Source of the DNA: Eledone cirrhosa
Lineage: Eukaryota
DNA length: 64,000 nt
Assembly: GCA_964016885.1 (NCBI GenBank)
Contig: OZ024743.1
Span: 11,160,001-11,224,000, forward strand
Reading direction: 5' to 3'
Below the pieces are notes generated by a model. That model was not told where the DNA came from. It searched no databases and saw only the letters and a program-made list of their open reading frames with translations. Made by a program: the position numbers and the translations under genes. This document shows, piece by piece, positions 30,351 through 44,039 of this stretch (position 1 is the first letter of the stretch; the number at the start of each line of letters is the position of its first letter).

Positions 30351-31005
30351 ATCATAATCGATAAAGCTCAGTGTGTGGTCATGCTACTTCGTTGTAGAAA
30401 TCTACGATATAGAATTCTTCAATTGAAATTTACAATTCAGTATTTTTTCAATTTCACCCACAATTACGCAAAAAATAGATAAAACTCAATATTTTACGAT
30501 TTTTCTCTCTCATTTAAACTGCTGAACTTTTTCTACTACCATTCAAAATCTATACAACTTCATACTTTTTGCTACTTTCTCTTTCCAAGCTTGATGGTGA
30601 TACTGTCCGTTCACACCACTCCCTACTGTCTTAAATTTAGAAAACACATATCCTCTATGAGGTTACTAAACCTGCTAGAAACAGCAGCTAACTCCCCCCC
30701 CCCCTCACATATGACACCCCTCCATACTGTCTTAAATTAGAAAACACACAGACAACCATGCAGAACAACTCCATCACAACCTCTGTTGTTCGGCTGGCAT
30801 CGTCTACTCGCGTGTTGCGCAAGTACTGTGAAACAATAAATTTCAACACTTTTTTTGCACAGAGATAATATCCATAGGCGAAACTACAATTGTCACTGCT
30901 GGCGCAGCTCATGCTGCCAGGTCTGAAATTTATTCACCCAGTGCCTGGCAGACAAAAAAGTGCTGCCATAAAATGGGTGGTGCAACCTAACTTTGGTAAC
31001 TTAAT

Positions 31006-31037
31006 GACCCCGAGCAACGCCGGGCTTTAATGCTAGT
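31006..31037 (+). mobile_element. Helitron-like 3' terminus
   Basis: CCCGAGCAACGCCGGG hairpin then CTAG|T; same motif as 4216-4244 (minus). Confidence 0.55.
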
Positions 31038-31039
31038 AT

Positions 31040-32070
<1,031 letters not shown>

Positions 32071-32074
32071 ATAC

Positions 32075-32803
32075 ATGTTTCCTCAAAAACCAGTATGACT
32101 CTAAAAACCGGTTTGTCTGTGTGTTTACATACAGAATAGCTGGACACTCACGGTAAAGTGACCAGTGAAAAACTTGGTACATCTACATATGTATATGTGT
32201 GTGTATTCATATGCATACTAGTATTTCAGTATACATATGTGGATGTACATTTTTAACTTAATTGTTTAAGCGTCAGTCATACAAAAGTGAGTTACAAACG
32301 AAACGAAATTTAATTTCGTTTCGTTATTTGTTTTTATCGTCTCCGTTGAACCGGTACGTACTCACACTCTATGCAAATTAGTCTGCCCACTACTAATTTT
32401 CATAGAAAAAGCATATAACGATATGTGCTTTTACGATTCTCCAGAAAGGCCGGTAGATAGGTAAATATTGCTGATGAGTTGTAACAACAACGAAACTAGT
32501 TCAATATTCCTTGTCTGGCTTTCTGGAGAATAGAGGAAAGATGTTTCCTCAAAAACCAGTATGACTCTAAAAACCGGTTTGTCTGTGTGTTTACATACAG
32601 AATAGCTGGACACTCACGGTAAAGTGACCAGTGAAAAACTTGGTACATCTACATATGTATACGTGTGTGTATTCATATGCATACTAGTATTTCAGTATAC
32701 ATATGTGGATGTACATTTTTAACTTAATTGTTTAAGCGTCAGTCATACAAAAGTGAGTTACAAACGAAACGAAATTTAATTTCGTTTCGTTATTTGTTTT
32801 TAT
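32075..32803 (+). mobile_element. Retrozyme/pLTR-like partial tandem unit (period 466 bp) embedded in (TA)n
   Basis: 32075-32337 is repeated almost exactly at 32541-32803, with a hammerhead between the copies. Confidence 0.85.
32464..32508 (+). ncRNA. Type I hammerhead ribozyme with extended helix I (hairpin to 32436/32531)
   Basis: AATATTG-CTGATGA-GTTG TAACAA CAAC-GAAA-CTAG-TT-CAATATT; flanks ATTCTCCAGAAAG / CTTTCTGGAGAAT extend the stem. Confidence 0.92.
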
Positions 32804-32915
32804 AATATACATATATATATATATAATATAATATAATATATATATATATAATATAATATAATATATATATATATATATATAATATAATATATATACATAT
32901 ATATATATATATATA

Positions 32916-33009
<94 letters not shown>

Positions 33010-33175
33010 CTTTTCGTTGCTTCACCATCTTTGTTTACACTCTCGTGTCCCCTTTATTTACGTGTCCCAACGACTTTTTTTAGCCGTTGCTCGCACCAAC
33101 CGGAGGTATATGATCTTTAAAGCGATGAAATACCAATGATGGTTGGAAGATCACTGATGAAGGACTAACTTTATT
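33010..33175 (+). mobile_element. Short repeat fragment ending just after a CTGATGA motif; inverted homologue at 38163-38330
   Basis: GCACCAAC.GAGGTATATGAT...GCGATGAAATACCAATGAT.GTTGG.A.ATCACTGATGA shared by both loci. Confidence 0.7.
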
Positions 33176-33240
33176 CATATATATAATATATATATATATA
33201 TTATATATATATATACATATATATATATATAATATATATA

Positions 33241-35986
33241 ATGGAAAAATTTGAACAGGGACAAAACAGAGAGGCAGTACAACGAATGTTTATTAATTTC
33301 ACGCTCTGGAGAGTGGGGTGTTGGTGGGGGACGACGTTTCGGGCATAAGCCCTTCCTCAGGTGAGAAGTGTGTGGGAACAGAGTTCAAAGGGTGTGTAGG
33401 GGAGTGGTGGAGAGACATATAGCGAAAGGAAACGGTGCGAATGAAAAAATAAAGATAAAAATATAAATAAAGCATGATCAAAATACAAGGATTGAAATAA
33501 ATTTAAATATAAAAGCATGATCAAAATTAACTGAAATTAAAAGGGGGGTAAAACAGGTGGTGGAAGGGTGTGGGGGTGTGTAGGGGTGGTGGCGGGTGGA
33601 GTGGGGAGAGGGAGACGGGGTGTCCGAGCGGGGAGGGCTGAAGGTGGTGTGTGTGTGTGTGTGTGTATATGTGAAAGTAAGGGTTGGGGGAAGAACGGGG
33701 TTGCATGTTCAGGAAGAGGTGTGTGTGGGGGGGTTTGTGGTTCGGAGTGTCTGTGCGTGTGTGGATAGAGGGGTGGGGTGAGAGGAATCAGGAGGCTGAG
33801 GGTGTAAATATGTGGTGGAAAGCACGTGTGTGTGGGGTTTAAGCGTGTTGTGGGTGTAGGTGGCGTGTGGAGAAAAAAATTGTTTTAGGGTGTGTGTGTG
33901 GGTGAGTTATATAGGTGATTACGTAAGAGGATGGTTGAAAAGTAGGTAAATTCCAAAGATGTTTAGTGGATTCTGTGTTGGTCAATTTCTGCGTGTGGGT
34001 ATTCCATGAAGCGATGGTCGGAAGAGGAGAGATGTGGGGTGCGCGCGCAACAGGAAGTGGTCAAGCAGTGGGAGTGCTGTGTGTCTGTTTGTGCTGGGAG
34101 GTGGTCAGAGGGCATAGCAGCAGTCGGTGGAATGGTAAAGGGGCGAGGATGGGTAGGTGTGAAAGTTGGAGTGAGGAGGGTGTGTGTGTGTGTATTAGTA
34201 GAGGTGTTAGTGGGATGAGTGAGTGTGGAGCGAGGGTGTGGGTGGAGCGGGAAGAGAAGGGTGTGTGTGGTTCTATGGAGGGAGTGTGGTGTACTGGTGT
34301 GTGTGTAGTTTGATGAAGAGGTGTTAGTGGGTGTTAGTATACGGGAGGTGGGGAGGGGTTGAATGCAGGTGTGAGTGGGGGTTAGTGGTGGTAGGGTGTG
34401 TAGAGTTGGTGGTGTACGAGGGTGTGTGGGTACGTGTGCGTGGGCTTGGGGGGTGTTAGTGATGTTAGTTGCGTGTGGGGTGGGTGGTGTAAGTGGGTGC
34501 ATGTGTTCGTGTGCTTGGGGTTAGGGGGTGTTAGTGAGGTTAGTTGCGGGGTGGTGGGATGGAGGTGTGGGGGTGAGAGGTGTGGGGGGTGAGGGTTAGT
34601 GGTGGTAGTAGGGTGTGTGTTTAGTGTGAGCGCGTGTATATATGTGCCGGTGGGTGTGTGCGTGTGATAAGGAGGGGGAGGAGGAGAAGAGGGGAGGGGA
34701 GGGATGTTAGTATGTTAGTTGGGGAAGGGTGGTCAGATGAGGGGTGGAGTGGAGGTGTTAGTATTGTTAGTTGTGGGGTGGGCGGTGAAAAGGAGGGTGT
34801 GTTAGTGGTGTCAGTGGGGGATAAGTGTGGGGGGAGGGGGGCGATCGAAGGCTAAAGGAATAAGGGTGGGGAGTTCAGGCCGGGGGGAGTGTGGGTCTGT
34901 AAGATGAAGATAGTTCGTTGTTCGACCGTAAGGCGATTGGCGGGTGTTCCGTGGCACTGGAGTAGGCCACAGACTGTGAGATGGCGTGCGGAATGTCCAG
35001 GGCCACCAAAGTGGCGGGCGATGGGGGAACTACCCTCGAGACGAATATCCCGGAGGTGCTCCTTCATTCGGTCCGCCAGGCGTAGACTAGGTTGGAGGAG
35101 GTGCAGCGGAAGGCATGCCGGACAGAGAGAGAGTGGCGGTTGGGACCCTGGAAGGTGGTGGTGTTGTTGATGTGGGGACAGGTGTTGCAGCGGGGCCTAG
35201 AACAGGGAAAGGAACCGGGGGGGAAACAGAGCGTGGCTTGGGGGTAGGGAGCTGTGGACGAGGAGGGTGCGGAGATTGCGTGCGCGTTTGAAGGAGGGGA
35301 GTGGTGGGGTTGGGAAGATGTAGGAGGTGGAGGGGTCGGACTGCAGGCGTCAGAAGAGGTGGCGGATGGTGCGGTGGAGGGGTGCGGTGGAGGGGTGGTA
35401 GGTGATGGGGAAGGGGAGACGGTGGGTGGGTGTGCGGTGGAGTGAGGTGAGGGTGGTGGAGCGGGGGACAGCACGGGCGCAGGTGAGAGCGGTGTGGACG
35501 AGAGAGGGGGGTAACCTCTGCGGATGAAATGGCTGACTAGGGAAAGGGCCTGGGACGCAAAGTCAGCATCTCGGCTACAGAGGCGGCGGATCCTGAGAAG
35601 TTGGGAGTAGGGAATGGAGTGTTTAGTGTGGGTGGGGTGGGAAGAGGTGAAGTCGAGGTAAGAGTGGGAGTCGGTGGGTTTGAAGAAGGCGGAGGTGACG
35701 AGGGAGTGGTGGGAGGAGTCGAAGGCGACGGAGATGTCTAAGAAGTGGACGTGGGTAGTGGAGATAGAGGTGGTGAAGTGGAGGGAGGGGTGGAAGGAGC
35801 AGAAGAAGGAGAGAAAGGAGTCGAGCTGTTCTCGGGTGAGGGTCGTGGCTCCGATACAGTCGTCAATGTAACGACCGTACAGTTCGGGCGTGGGGCCGGT
35901 GTACTGGGCAAAGATTTGGGCCTCAACATGGCCAACAAAAAGGTTGGCATAGTTCGGGCCCATTCTTGTACCCATGGCTACCTCCA
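33241..35986 (-). mobile_element. 5'-truncated Penelope-like (Neptune-type) element: RT/thumb, linker, GIY-YIG remnant, long C-rich 3' region
   Basis: VAMGTRMGPNYANLF...YGRYIDDCIG...FLDISV...KPTDSHSYLDFTSSHP..TKHSIPYSQLLRIRRLCS...RGYP; CSRPRCNTC knuckle; CTSSNLVYA then deletion; RMKEHLR...ARHF...EQRTIFILQT..PPGLN; AATAAA near the 3' end; both ends in (TA)n. Confidence 0.95.
33328..33365 (-). ncRNA. Hammerhead-like core in the Penelope 3' end (helix I not evident)
   Basis: CUGAGGA-A-GGGC UUAU GCCC-GAAA-CGUCG-UC. Confidence 0.55.
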
Positions 35987-36126
35987 TACATATATATATA
36001 TAATATATATATATACATATATATATATAATATATATATATATATAATATATATATATATGTGAAGTAATTCCGTCGGAAAAGTCCAGGAAAAAAGAGTG
36101 CTCTATGTAGGTAACAGAGCTTAATA

Positions 36127-36363
36127 GTTATGTAATAAACAAGATAAGGCAATCATTCCATTTACCAGTGGATTCTTAAAAGCAAAAAATGTTGCTTTCA
36201 ATCCTCAGAATGAAAATATCCTGGTCTGTTTATTGAATTTGGTTTTGAAAATCCAAATTCAATAAACAGACCTGGATTTTTTCATTCTGAGGATTGAAAG
36301 CAAAATTTGTTGCTTTTAAGAAACCACTGGTAAATGGAATAATTGCCTTATGTTGTTTATTAC

Positions 36364-36367
<4 letters not shown>
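36127..36367. repeat. Imperfect palindrome (centre ~36245) carrying two outward-facing hammerheads
   Basis: TTATGTAATAAACAA...ATTGAATTTGG / CCAAATTCAAT...TTGTTTATTACATAA. Confidence 0.92.
36281..36338 (+). ncRNA. Type I hammerhead ribozyme; mirror copy at 36156-36213 (-) has GAAA>GAAT
   Basis: TTCATT-CTGAGGA-TTGAAAGCAA AATTTG TTGCTTTTAA-GAAA-CCACTGG-TA-AATGGA. Confidence 0.85.
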
Positions 36368-36430
<63 letters not shown>

Positions 36431-36483
36431 TAATATATATATATATATATAATATATATATATAATATATATATATAATATAT

Positions 36484-36515
<32 letters not shown>

Positions 36516-36569
36516 ATATAAAATAAAGTTAAATAAAAGTCAAATGATTAAAATTTAGCTTCGTTTATT

Positions 36570-36624
36570 ACTGCTATATATATTTCAGTGACAGCCATCT
36601 TTGGCTGTGACCTCTTCAGGCAGT
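36570..36624 (-). ncRNA. Type I hammerhead ribozyme (left arm)
   Basis: Reverse complement of 36837-36891. Confidence 0.85.
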
Positions 36625-36836
36625 TTGAATTAGTATGGTATAGACAAGTACATATGTTGTTTAGGTGTATGATATTGTCAATACTCTGATATGCCCAGTT
36701 CCTTGCTGGGTTGTTAATTCACTGGGGAACTGGAGCCAGTGAATTAACAACCCAGCAAGGAACTGGGCATATCAGAGTATTGACAATATCATACACCTAA
36801 ACAACATATGTACTTGTCTATACCATACTAATTCAA

Positions 36837-36891
36837 ACTGCCTGAAGAGGTCACAGCCAAAGATGGCTGTCACTGAAATATATATAGCAGT
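36837..36891 (+). ncRNA. Type I hammerhead ribozyme (right arm); same family as 23667-23722
   Basis: ACTGC-CTGAAGA-GGTCACAGCCAAAGATGGCTGTCACT-GAAA-TATATA-TA-GCAGT-AATAAA. Confidence 0.87.
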
Positions 36892-37051
36892 AATAAACGA
36901 AGCTAAATTTTAATCATTTGACTTTTATTTAACTTTATTTTACACTACTCCGGAGTAACCAAACCAACCTGCGCACTTCGTCGAGTGCTCCAGCCTGCAT
37001 ACTGGGGTGTTGGTATACAACCAACATAAACTCAAAATCTATATATATAAT

Positions 37052-37129
<78 letters not shown>

Positions 37130-37178
37130 TATATATATATAATATATATATATAATATATATATATAATATATATATA

Positions 37179-37266
<88 letters not shown>

Positions 37267-37270
37267 ATAT

Positions 37271-37303
<33 letters not shown>

Positions 37304-37322
37304 TATATACATATATATATAT

Positions 37323-37950
37323 ATGAGAGACGTAAAATAAGAAAATTATAAAAGTTAACTTACTAAAATTTCACTCCAACTAATTAGTTTCTGAAATGGA
37401 ATAAACATAGTTTCCGAAGAAACGTACGGAGAAGCCTTTCGTCATCAGGGAAGTCTATTCTCAGCTAAGTTTCCAGGCAATACGTGGACACAGGGAACTT
37501 ATACAAAAATAATTCAGTGGATAGAAAAAAGCAAAGCGTGGACTAAGTTCCAAGCCATTGAAAAAATCACTGCCTACTGCGTTGGTGGCAAATTCAAAAT
37601 AATCAATCACGTGACATCGAGGTCAATCAGTGATGAGTGATTTGTTAAGAAGACAGCAGCCGGACCGTTACTATAGTAGCAGTTTTGGCCAATTTTGGCT
37701 CGACAAAATAATTTGGAGATAATTATAAAGAATTAGTATATCTAGTAACATATATATACACAGATGCATACCTATGCCAGCAAATATATAGGTTTTGTCT
37801 TAGTAACTTTGTGGTTCAATGCATGGGGATGCAGAACAATAATATGAGAGACGTAAAATAAGAAAATTATAAAAATTAACTTACTTACTAAAATTTCACT
37901 CCAACTAATTAAGTAAGTTAATTTTTATAATTTTCTTATTTTACGTCTCG
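37323..37950 (-). mobile_element. Retrozyme/pLTR-like unit (period ~520 bp) with terminal inversion
   Basis: TATGAGAGACGTAAAATAAGAAAATTAT...CACTCCAACTAATT at 37323 and 37843; 37911-37950 is an inverted copy. Confidence 0.8.
37374..37452 (-). ncRNA. Type I hammerhead ribozyme with large helix II domain
   Basis: UUCC-CUGAUGA-CGAAAGG...CCAUUUCA-GAAA-CUAAUUAG-UU-GGAG. Confidence 0.72.
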
Positions 37951-37987
37951 TTCCTATGTATATATATACGTCCTACTCGTTCCTATG

Positions 37988-38029
<42 letters not shown>

Positions 38030-38606
38030 AACGAGTAGGACGCCGACGGCTGAGCTCAAGCCGTTTCGACGGCTAATTCTGGGCTATATATATATATATA
38101 TGTGTGAAAAATATGGGGAGAAGAATACTGCATGGTTGCACATGGATTGCATGTTATAAAATGAGTCCCCTCATCAGTGATTTGCCAACGATCATTGGTA
38201 TTTCATCGCATTAAAAATCATATACCTCACGTTGGTGCGAAAATAACTAAAATAAGTTATTAGGACAATTGAAAACGCGTAAAGCGAGTGAGACAAGTAA
38301 ACAACACAGGGGAAAGCTAACCGAAGATAGAAAGAAACACAAGCAACATGGTTATTCTGTCAGTATAAGCTGGGTGAATACATGTGCGAGTATAAAACAG
38401 ACCTTCCGCTAGTGATCCGATGTAAGAAAGAGGAAAATCGTTTTCGTAGCGAACGGAGGAGGTAAGAAGGGGAGAAACAGAGAGTGAGTGAGTGGAAGTG
38501 CGAGGAAGAGGTCAGTAGAGAGAAAGTGTTAACTGACATGACAGAGGGGACGAAAGAAAGTAAGAGAAATAGAGAGAACGAGGGAGCAGTAAGAGAGAAA
38601 GTGAGA

Positions 38607-38760
<154 letters not shown>

Positions 38761-38781
38761 TATATACATATATATATACAC

Positions 38782-38834
<53 letters not shown>

Positions 38835-38867
38835 TATATACATATATATATATACATATATATATAC

Positions 38868-38931
<64 letters not shown>

Positions 38932-40399
38932 GTATATATACATATATATATATACATATATACTGTATATATATACATATATACTGTATATATATACATA
39001 TATATATGTGTGTGTGAGTGTGTGTGTATATAAACATACATAAATACAGAGATACTTGCATGCATACATATACGTACTCATACAGACATGCACACACATA
39101 CAAATATATACATTCATAATTAACGTTCTTTCCCCTGTATTAACACTTTTATTTTGTCTAATTTCCTGACAATCCAAATAAATATTTTGAAATACAGTCT
39201 CCCTATTCATATCACTAATAAGGTAATAATATCTTGCAGCCTTCTAGATGTTTCCTAAAGAGGAAATCAAGATGAAATCAATAAGAAATATAATCCGGTG
39301 AATTATTTAATTATAGATTTTTTTAATAACGTCGGCGACTAAAGGGCAGACATCTCATAAAAACTGAATTATTGCTGATAAATTAGAAAAACGCTCCATT
39401 CTAAAACAGAGTCATAATTCTCTTGTCTGATTATGTTGGCGTTATTATCGATAAGCTTCAATGAATGACGTTTTTGTCGCCAGTTAACCTCCTCGCACAC
39501 CATCATCAAGAAATATGGCCAAAGAAGACGATCTCAGTCTGGAAAAGTTAGACTTGGAGGTTTCCTTTTCTATTACAGTCTATTCGGATATATAATTAAG
39601 CCCTAACTTCTTTCCACTCCCTTTTTTTGTAATCATTTCTTATTGATTAAGTTTTAAGTGATAATAATTTAAGTAGATATTGGGAGACTCCAAACGCAAA
39701 TCTATTTAAATTGAAACCTAACAGTGCCAAGCAATGAAATCAAATATATTACATATATTCATCGAAGAGATAAATCTGTATAATGTTCAGTTTCAAATCC
39801 TCTAGATTGATAGCAGGAGGATATTCAAAGAAGATGGGTTTCTGGGTAGAAAATACTTGTGAGGTTTGGGTTTTAAAATACATCGCTTCCTTCCTTGTTC
39901 GTCCTTCGTTTTCAAATATGAACAACACATCTATTTTTAGATACTGACTGCACTTCTTGAAGAACATCACTAACGAAGGGCGTAGGCGATATGAGATTCG
40001 TGACTGCTCTCACCTAAACCATCTGTTCACTCCTATGAGTGAACAGGTTGTGGAAATGGTGGTATTTCACTGTCATAAACTCGCGTAATATCTCGATGAT
40101 TGCAACGAAAAGTCTGCTGTCTGTGACTTGCACTAAACGTTGATTATAATGGAAGACGGATACGTTTGACGAAAAGATACATTTTCTTGTTGCTCTTGGA
40201 CTAGAAACACGACGTCCTTATAAGACTGGAGGTATACCAAGGTTACAGTGAATTGATCAGATGATCTACGTATCTCACCGAGCTCTGAGATACGTGTTCT
40301 ACAGTTATATTGTAGGATATCACCTCTCTGCCCATTGAACTTAATCACTGATAGATCTTCTCCCCACAGTACGCTAGCAATCCAGTTTTCAAAATTCAG

Positions 40400-41620
40400 T
40401 TGTCAGTAACCTTCAATTTGATTTGGCAAACCTGTCAATGTCTTTGCCCAGCAGATCTCCTGATTGCCAGGAGCCAATGGCAGAGCGTGTTTTGAGGGAA
40501 GTTATACGCAGCTTGCTTGTTCACTGGAAGCAATTCCATTATCGATAGAAAAAAAGAGAGAGGATAGAGCGCATATTTATGCGAGCTTCTGTTGTATTTT
40601 TATATGCATTTAGAAGCTTTGTATTCGTAACTTGAGAGGATCAGAAAAAATTATCAAGTCTGAAAGGTTTTTGTGTACCTGAAAACCCCCCCCGAAATTC
40701 TAAGGTTCATTTTTGACAATTTTATAGACATGTGGTCACCATCCCAAAGGTTTATAGCGAGCTAGTGACTTTTTTTCTGTTTCCTATTCAGAATGCTTAC
40801 TTGATGTGTATTGACTGTTTTTGGTGATGTTAACTGAGAGGGTTGTTATGTTCTCGCTGGAAGATATTTCAGATTTCTATTCATAGAAGCAGTGCGTCTA
40901 TGGTGTAAGGCTTGTGTGATGAGGCGTAGTGGGTTATACATTCTGTTTTAGAGAGTGAGTGGTTAGGTATGACAAGCAAATACTTATAAATGTACAAAGG
41001 AGATAATATAGGAAACATAACCAAACCCTGAGACATGCCGGAATTGATAAGTTCAATGTCACTGAGACAAGAAAGATCTCATCTAAGATATGGGAAACTG
41101 ATAGAAACATTATGCAGATAGCGTTACATGAATGCTTTCATACTAGTCTCAGTTGAAGGCGTTACTGTGTCAAAAGTATCATCATTTGATCGGTGTTTTA
41201 AATGAAGGTAGATTTTTGCCCTACGGACTATATATTAGTGATCGTTGAGAAGGAAAAAGAATTAAAAGTGAGATAGTTGTTTGCTGCTATTATCATCTCC
41301 TTTGAAATGTGGAAGGGAGTATGATACGGTGGTAATTTCTAATAGAGACTGTCTTTCGGAGATTGCGACACACTCTCTGATATTTTTATAGGTTGGAGTA
41401 GATACCTGCCGTGAGAAGAGGATGGGAGCTTGATCGTGTACTTAGTTTGAAGTTATCGGAGAGAGTTAGAAACAAATCGATCAACGGTGAGTGGTTTTAC
41501 GGAGTTGCCTTTATTTGATTGAGGAAGAGTGAGTTGAAGGATTTTACAAAGGATTCTGGCAAGAAATGAGAAAAGCCCGCTACAATTTCGGAGGGAAGAG
41601 AACTTGCATGAAAATACCTT
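40400..41620 (-). pseudogene. Highly degenerate CR1/L2/Jockey-type LINE RT region
   Basis: Minus strand ATCAATTCCGGCATGTCTCAGGG (INSGMSQG, GVPQGS-like) near 41030 and a WNC-like C-terminal motif near 40530; no intact ORF. Confidence 0.45.
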
Positions 41621-41812
41621 TTATTTTCCTAATGCTCTTGTATGAAACGTTGCGGTTGTGTATAAACACCTAATACAAGGGGTTAAGTGATTTCTTACGG
41701 GCTTTGCAGAAAGTGCTCTTCTTTGATACAGGTGCAGCACATACATTTTAATGTTTGCTGCCAAGTGTTATAGAGTACTTCAATGATATAAAGTGGATTG
41801 CATCAATTAGAT

Positions 41813-42369
41813 CAGTGGTCGCCAACCTTTCGGACCTCACGGACCACTAAATACAAATTTTTGTTCAATCCCGCGGACCACTAATATGAATTTATTTAAA
41901 AAGATAAATACATTTGTAAAATAATGATCAGAGAACTTTCACTTTATTAAACAATGCTGAAGCGTGCGTGTATCATATTGTCGATGGATGATACATATGT
42001 GTAAAATTCTTTCATGGATGTAAATTCTTTACTGAGAGGAAACATTTTTAGGGGTGTTATAAAATATATTTTAACCAACTATTTTTTGTTTTATTAGAGA
42101 GTCGGACACCATGCTTTGAAGCATAGAGTTACGTCCCTTTATGATCTGAGTTCAAATCCCGCCGAGGTTAACTTTGTCTTTCATCCTTACGGGGTCGATA
42201 AAATAAAAGTACCAGTAATGTACTGGGTCATTGCTGGCCTTGTGCCTAAAATAGAAACAATTATTAATAAAACATAAAAATTGCAAATAATGTCCACATT
42301 TTTCTGCGGAGTACCAAGATTTTCTCTCGGTGCACCAGTGGTTCGTGGACCACCGGTTGGTGACAGCTG
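41813..42369. mobile_element. hAT (Charlie-like) MITE with perfect 8-bp TSD, interrupted by a SINE
   Basis: TIRs CAGTGGTCGCCAACC / GGTTGGTGACAGCTG; TSD AATTAGAT at 41805-41812 and 42370-42377. Confidence 0.9.
42097..42267 (+). mobile_element. SINE family A nested in the hAT MITE
   Basis: GAGTTCAAATCCCGCCGAGGTTAACTTTG...GCTGGCCTTGTGCCTAAAATAGAAAC. Confidence 0.92.
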
Positions 42370-42788
42370 AATTAGATGATAGAACACTGCCAGAGATTGT
42401 AATGGCAATATAAAGGTTGAGTTTAGAAGTTATCTATACGGGTTCGTTTTAACACATACAGACAGGATAGCAATCCTTTTGAACTGTGTGCCCGTGATGT
42501 CAGTATCGGGGAATGTGAGATCCAAGATGAATTTCCCGCATGTAACCGAAAATGACGACATCAGAAACGTGTGTTGAATTAGATGTCCTCTATAAAAGGC
42601 AAGGAGTAGTCAAACTACAGCTAATAGGATGGACAGGATGGAATACCTTTGGCAATAACAATTTCTTTGTCTGCCTTTGCCCCCCCCCCCTCTCTCCCTA
42701 TATATATATATATCAAACTATCTATCTATCAATCTTTTTCTGTCTCTTTCTCTCTATCTCTCTCTTTCTGTCGCTCTCTTTTGTAGTA

Positions 42789-42835
<47 letters not shown>

Positions 42836-43783
42836 TGTTGTTGTCGTTGTTGAGTTTAGGGTTAGGATTGATGCTGTTGTAGTTGTTGTTATAGTTGTAG
42901 ATGTTGAAGGTGATGGGGACGATGATGATGTATTTGTTATTATTTTGTTTTATTAATTTTTCTAATATCATTAATGTTTTCGAAGCTGATATTTTGTTTG
43001 TTTTGTTTTCTTGTTGTTGTTGTTGTTGTTGTTGTTTTTTAGTGTAACATAGCAGTACGTATCCACCACCCACTCTTCACTAACCACCATTTACAGTAAT
43101 GCAAATTTCATGTCAGAAATATGGCGGACACACAAAAAGACAATATATAAAAATAACATGAAGGAAATAACTAAAACTCTGATTATAAAAAAAAGAAACG
43201 ACTACGACGACGACGTGGATGACGAGGAGGAGAAAATACGGAGCAAAAGAAGTAAGAATAATATTAGTAATAAGTCAACAGAACTAATAAATATCGAATC
43301 ACATGGCCACCGGTAGCTGAGCATTATGTAGTACCAGGAGACGACTAGCGATCTACAGACACTATGTCTGTGACTACACGCCAACATATCTGTCAAACAT
43401 ATGAGTTTGTTATAGGTTACTGTCTAGACGGTGCCAGAGGTTTGGCCGCCACCTTATGGTTTTGTAAATTTTCCATCATCTAGTCTATGTGAATTGTAGA
43501 GAGTTAGTTGTTGTTCAACGATATATATACGAAATACGCCACCCCATTGCTTCAAACGTTGGGTAGTGCATTACTTACTTGTTAGTCGCGCCGAATTTTT
43601 CATTGCTTTATTATCTGTTGTGTGCGTATTTGTGTGTGTACGTGCGCGCTTTTGTGTGCGTGTGTCTGTGTATGAGAAATGAGTACGTGTATTGGTATGC
43701 ATGTCTCTATGTACGTATGTATGTATGTATGCATGTATGTATGCATATATGTATATACATACGTAGGTATTCAGACATACGCA

Positions 43784-43858
<75 letters not shown>

Positions 43859-43990
43859 GCACGCCATGTGCGTATTTGTGTGTATTTGTGTGTTTGAGTG
43901 TTTGTGTGTCTAAGTATATATGTATGCATGCCTGTATGTATGTGTAGCATGGAGAGTAGGTGCCATTTGCGAATAAAACACTCATACACA

Positions 43991-44039
<49 letters not shown>

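Larger units (their letters stand above)
36519..36942. repeat. Near-perfect palindrome, ~207 bp arms, 10 nt loop (36726-36735)
   Basis: Arms read as exact reverse complements wherever compared. Confidence 0.96.

Noticed and set aside
33963-34502. Pro/Thr/His-rich 179 aa ORF
   Set aside because: By-product of the C/A-rich low-complexity Penelope 3' region
39300-40400. Possible decayed coding sequence (ORFs 39749-39970, 40133-40348)
   Set aside because: No motif I can recognise; left unannotated
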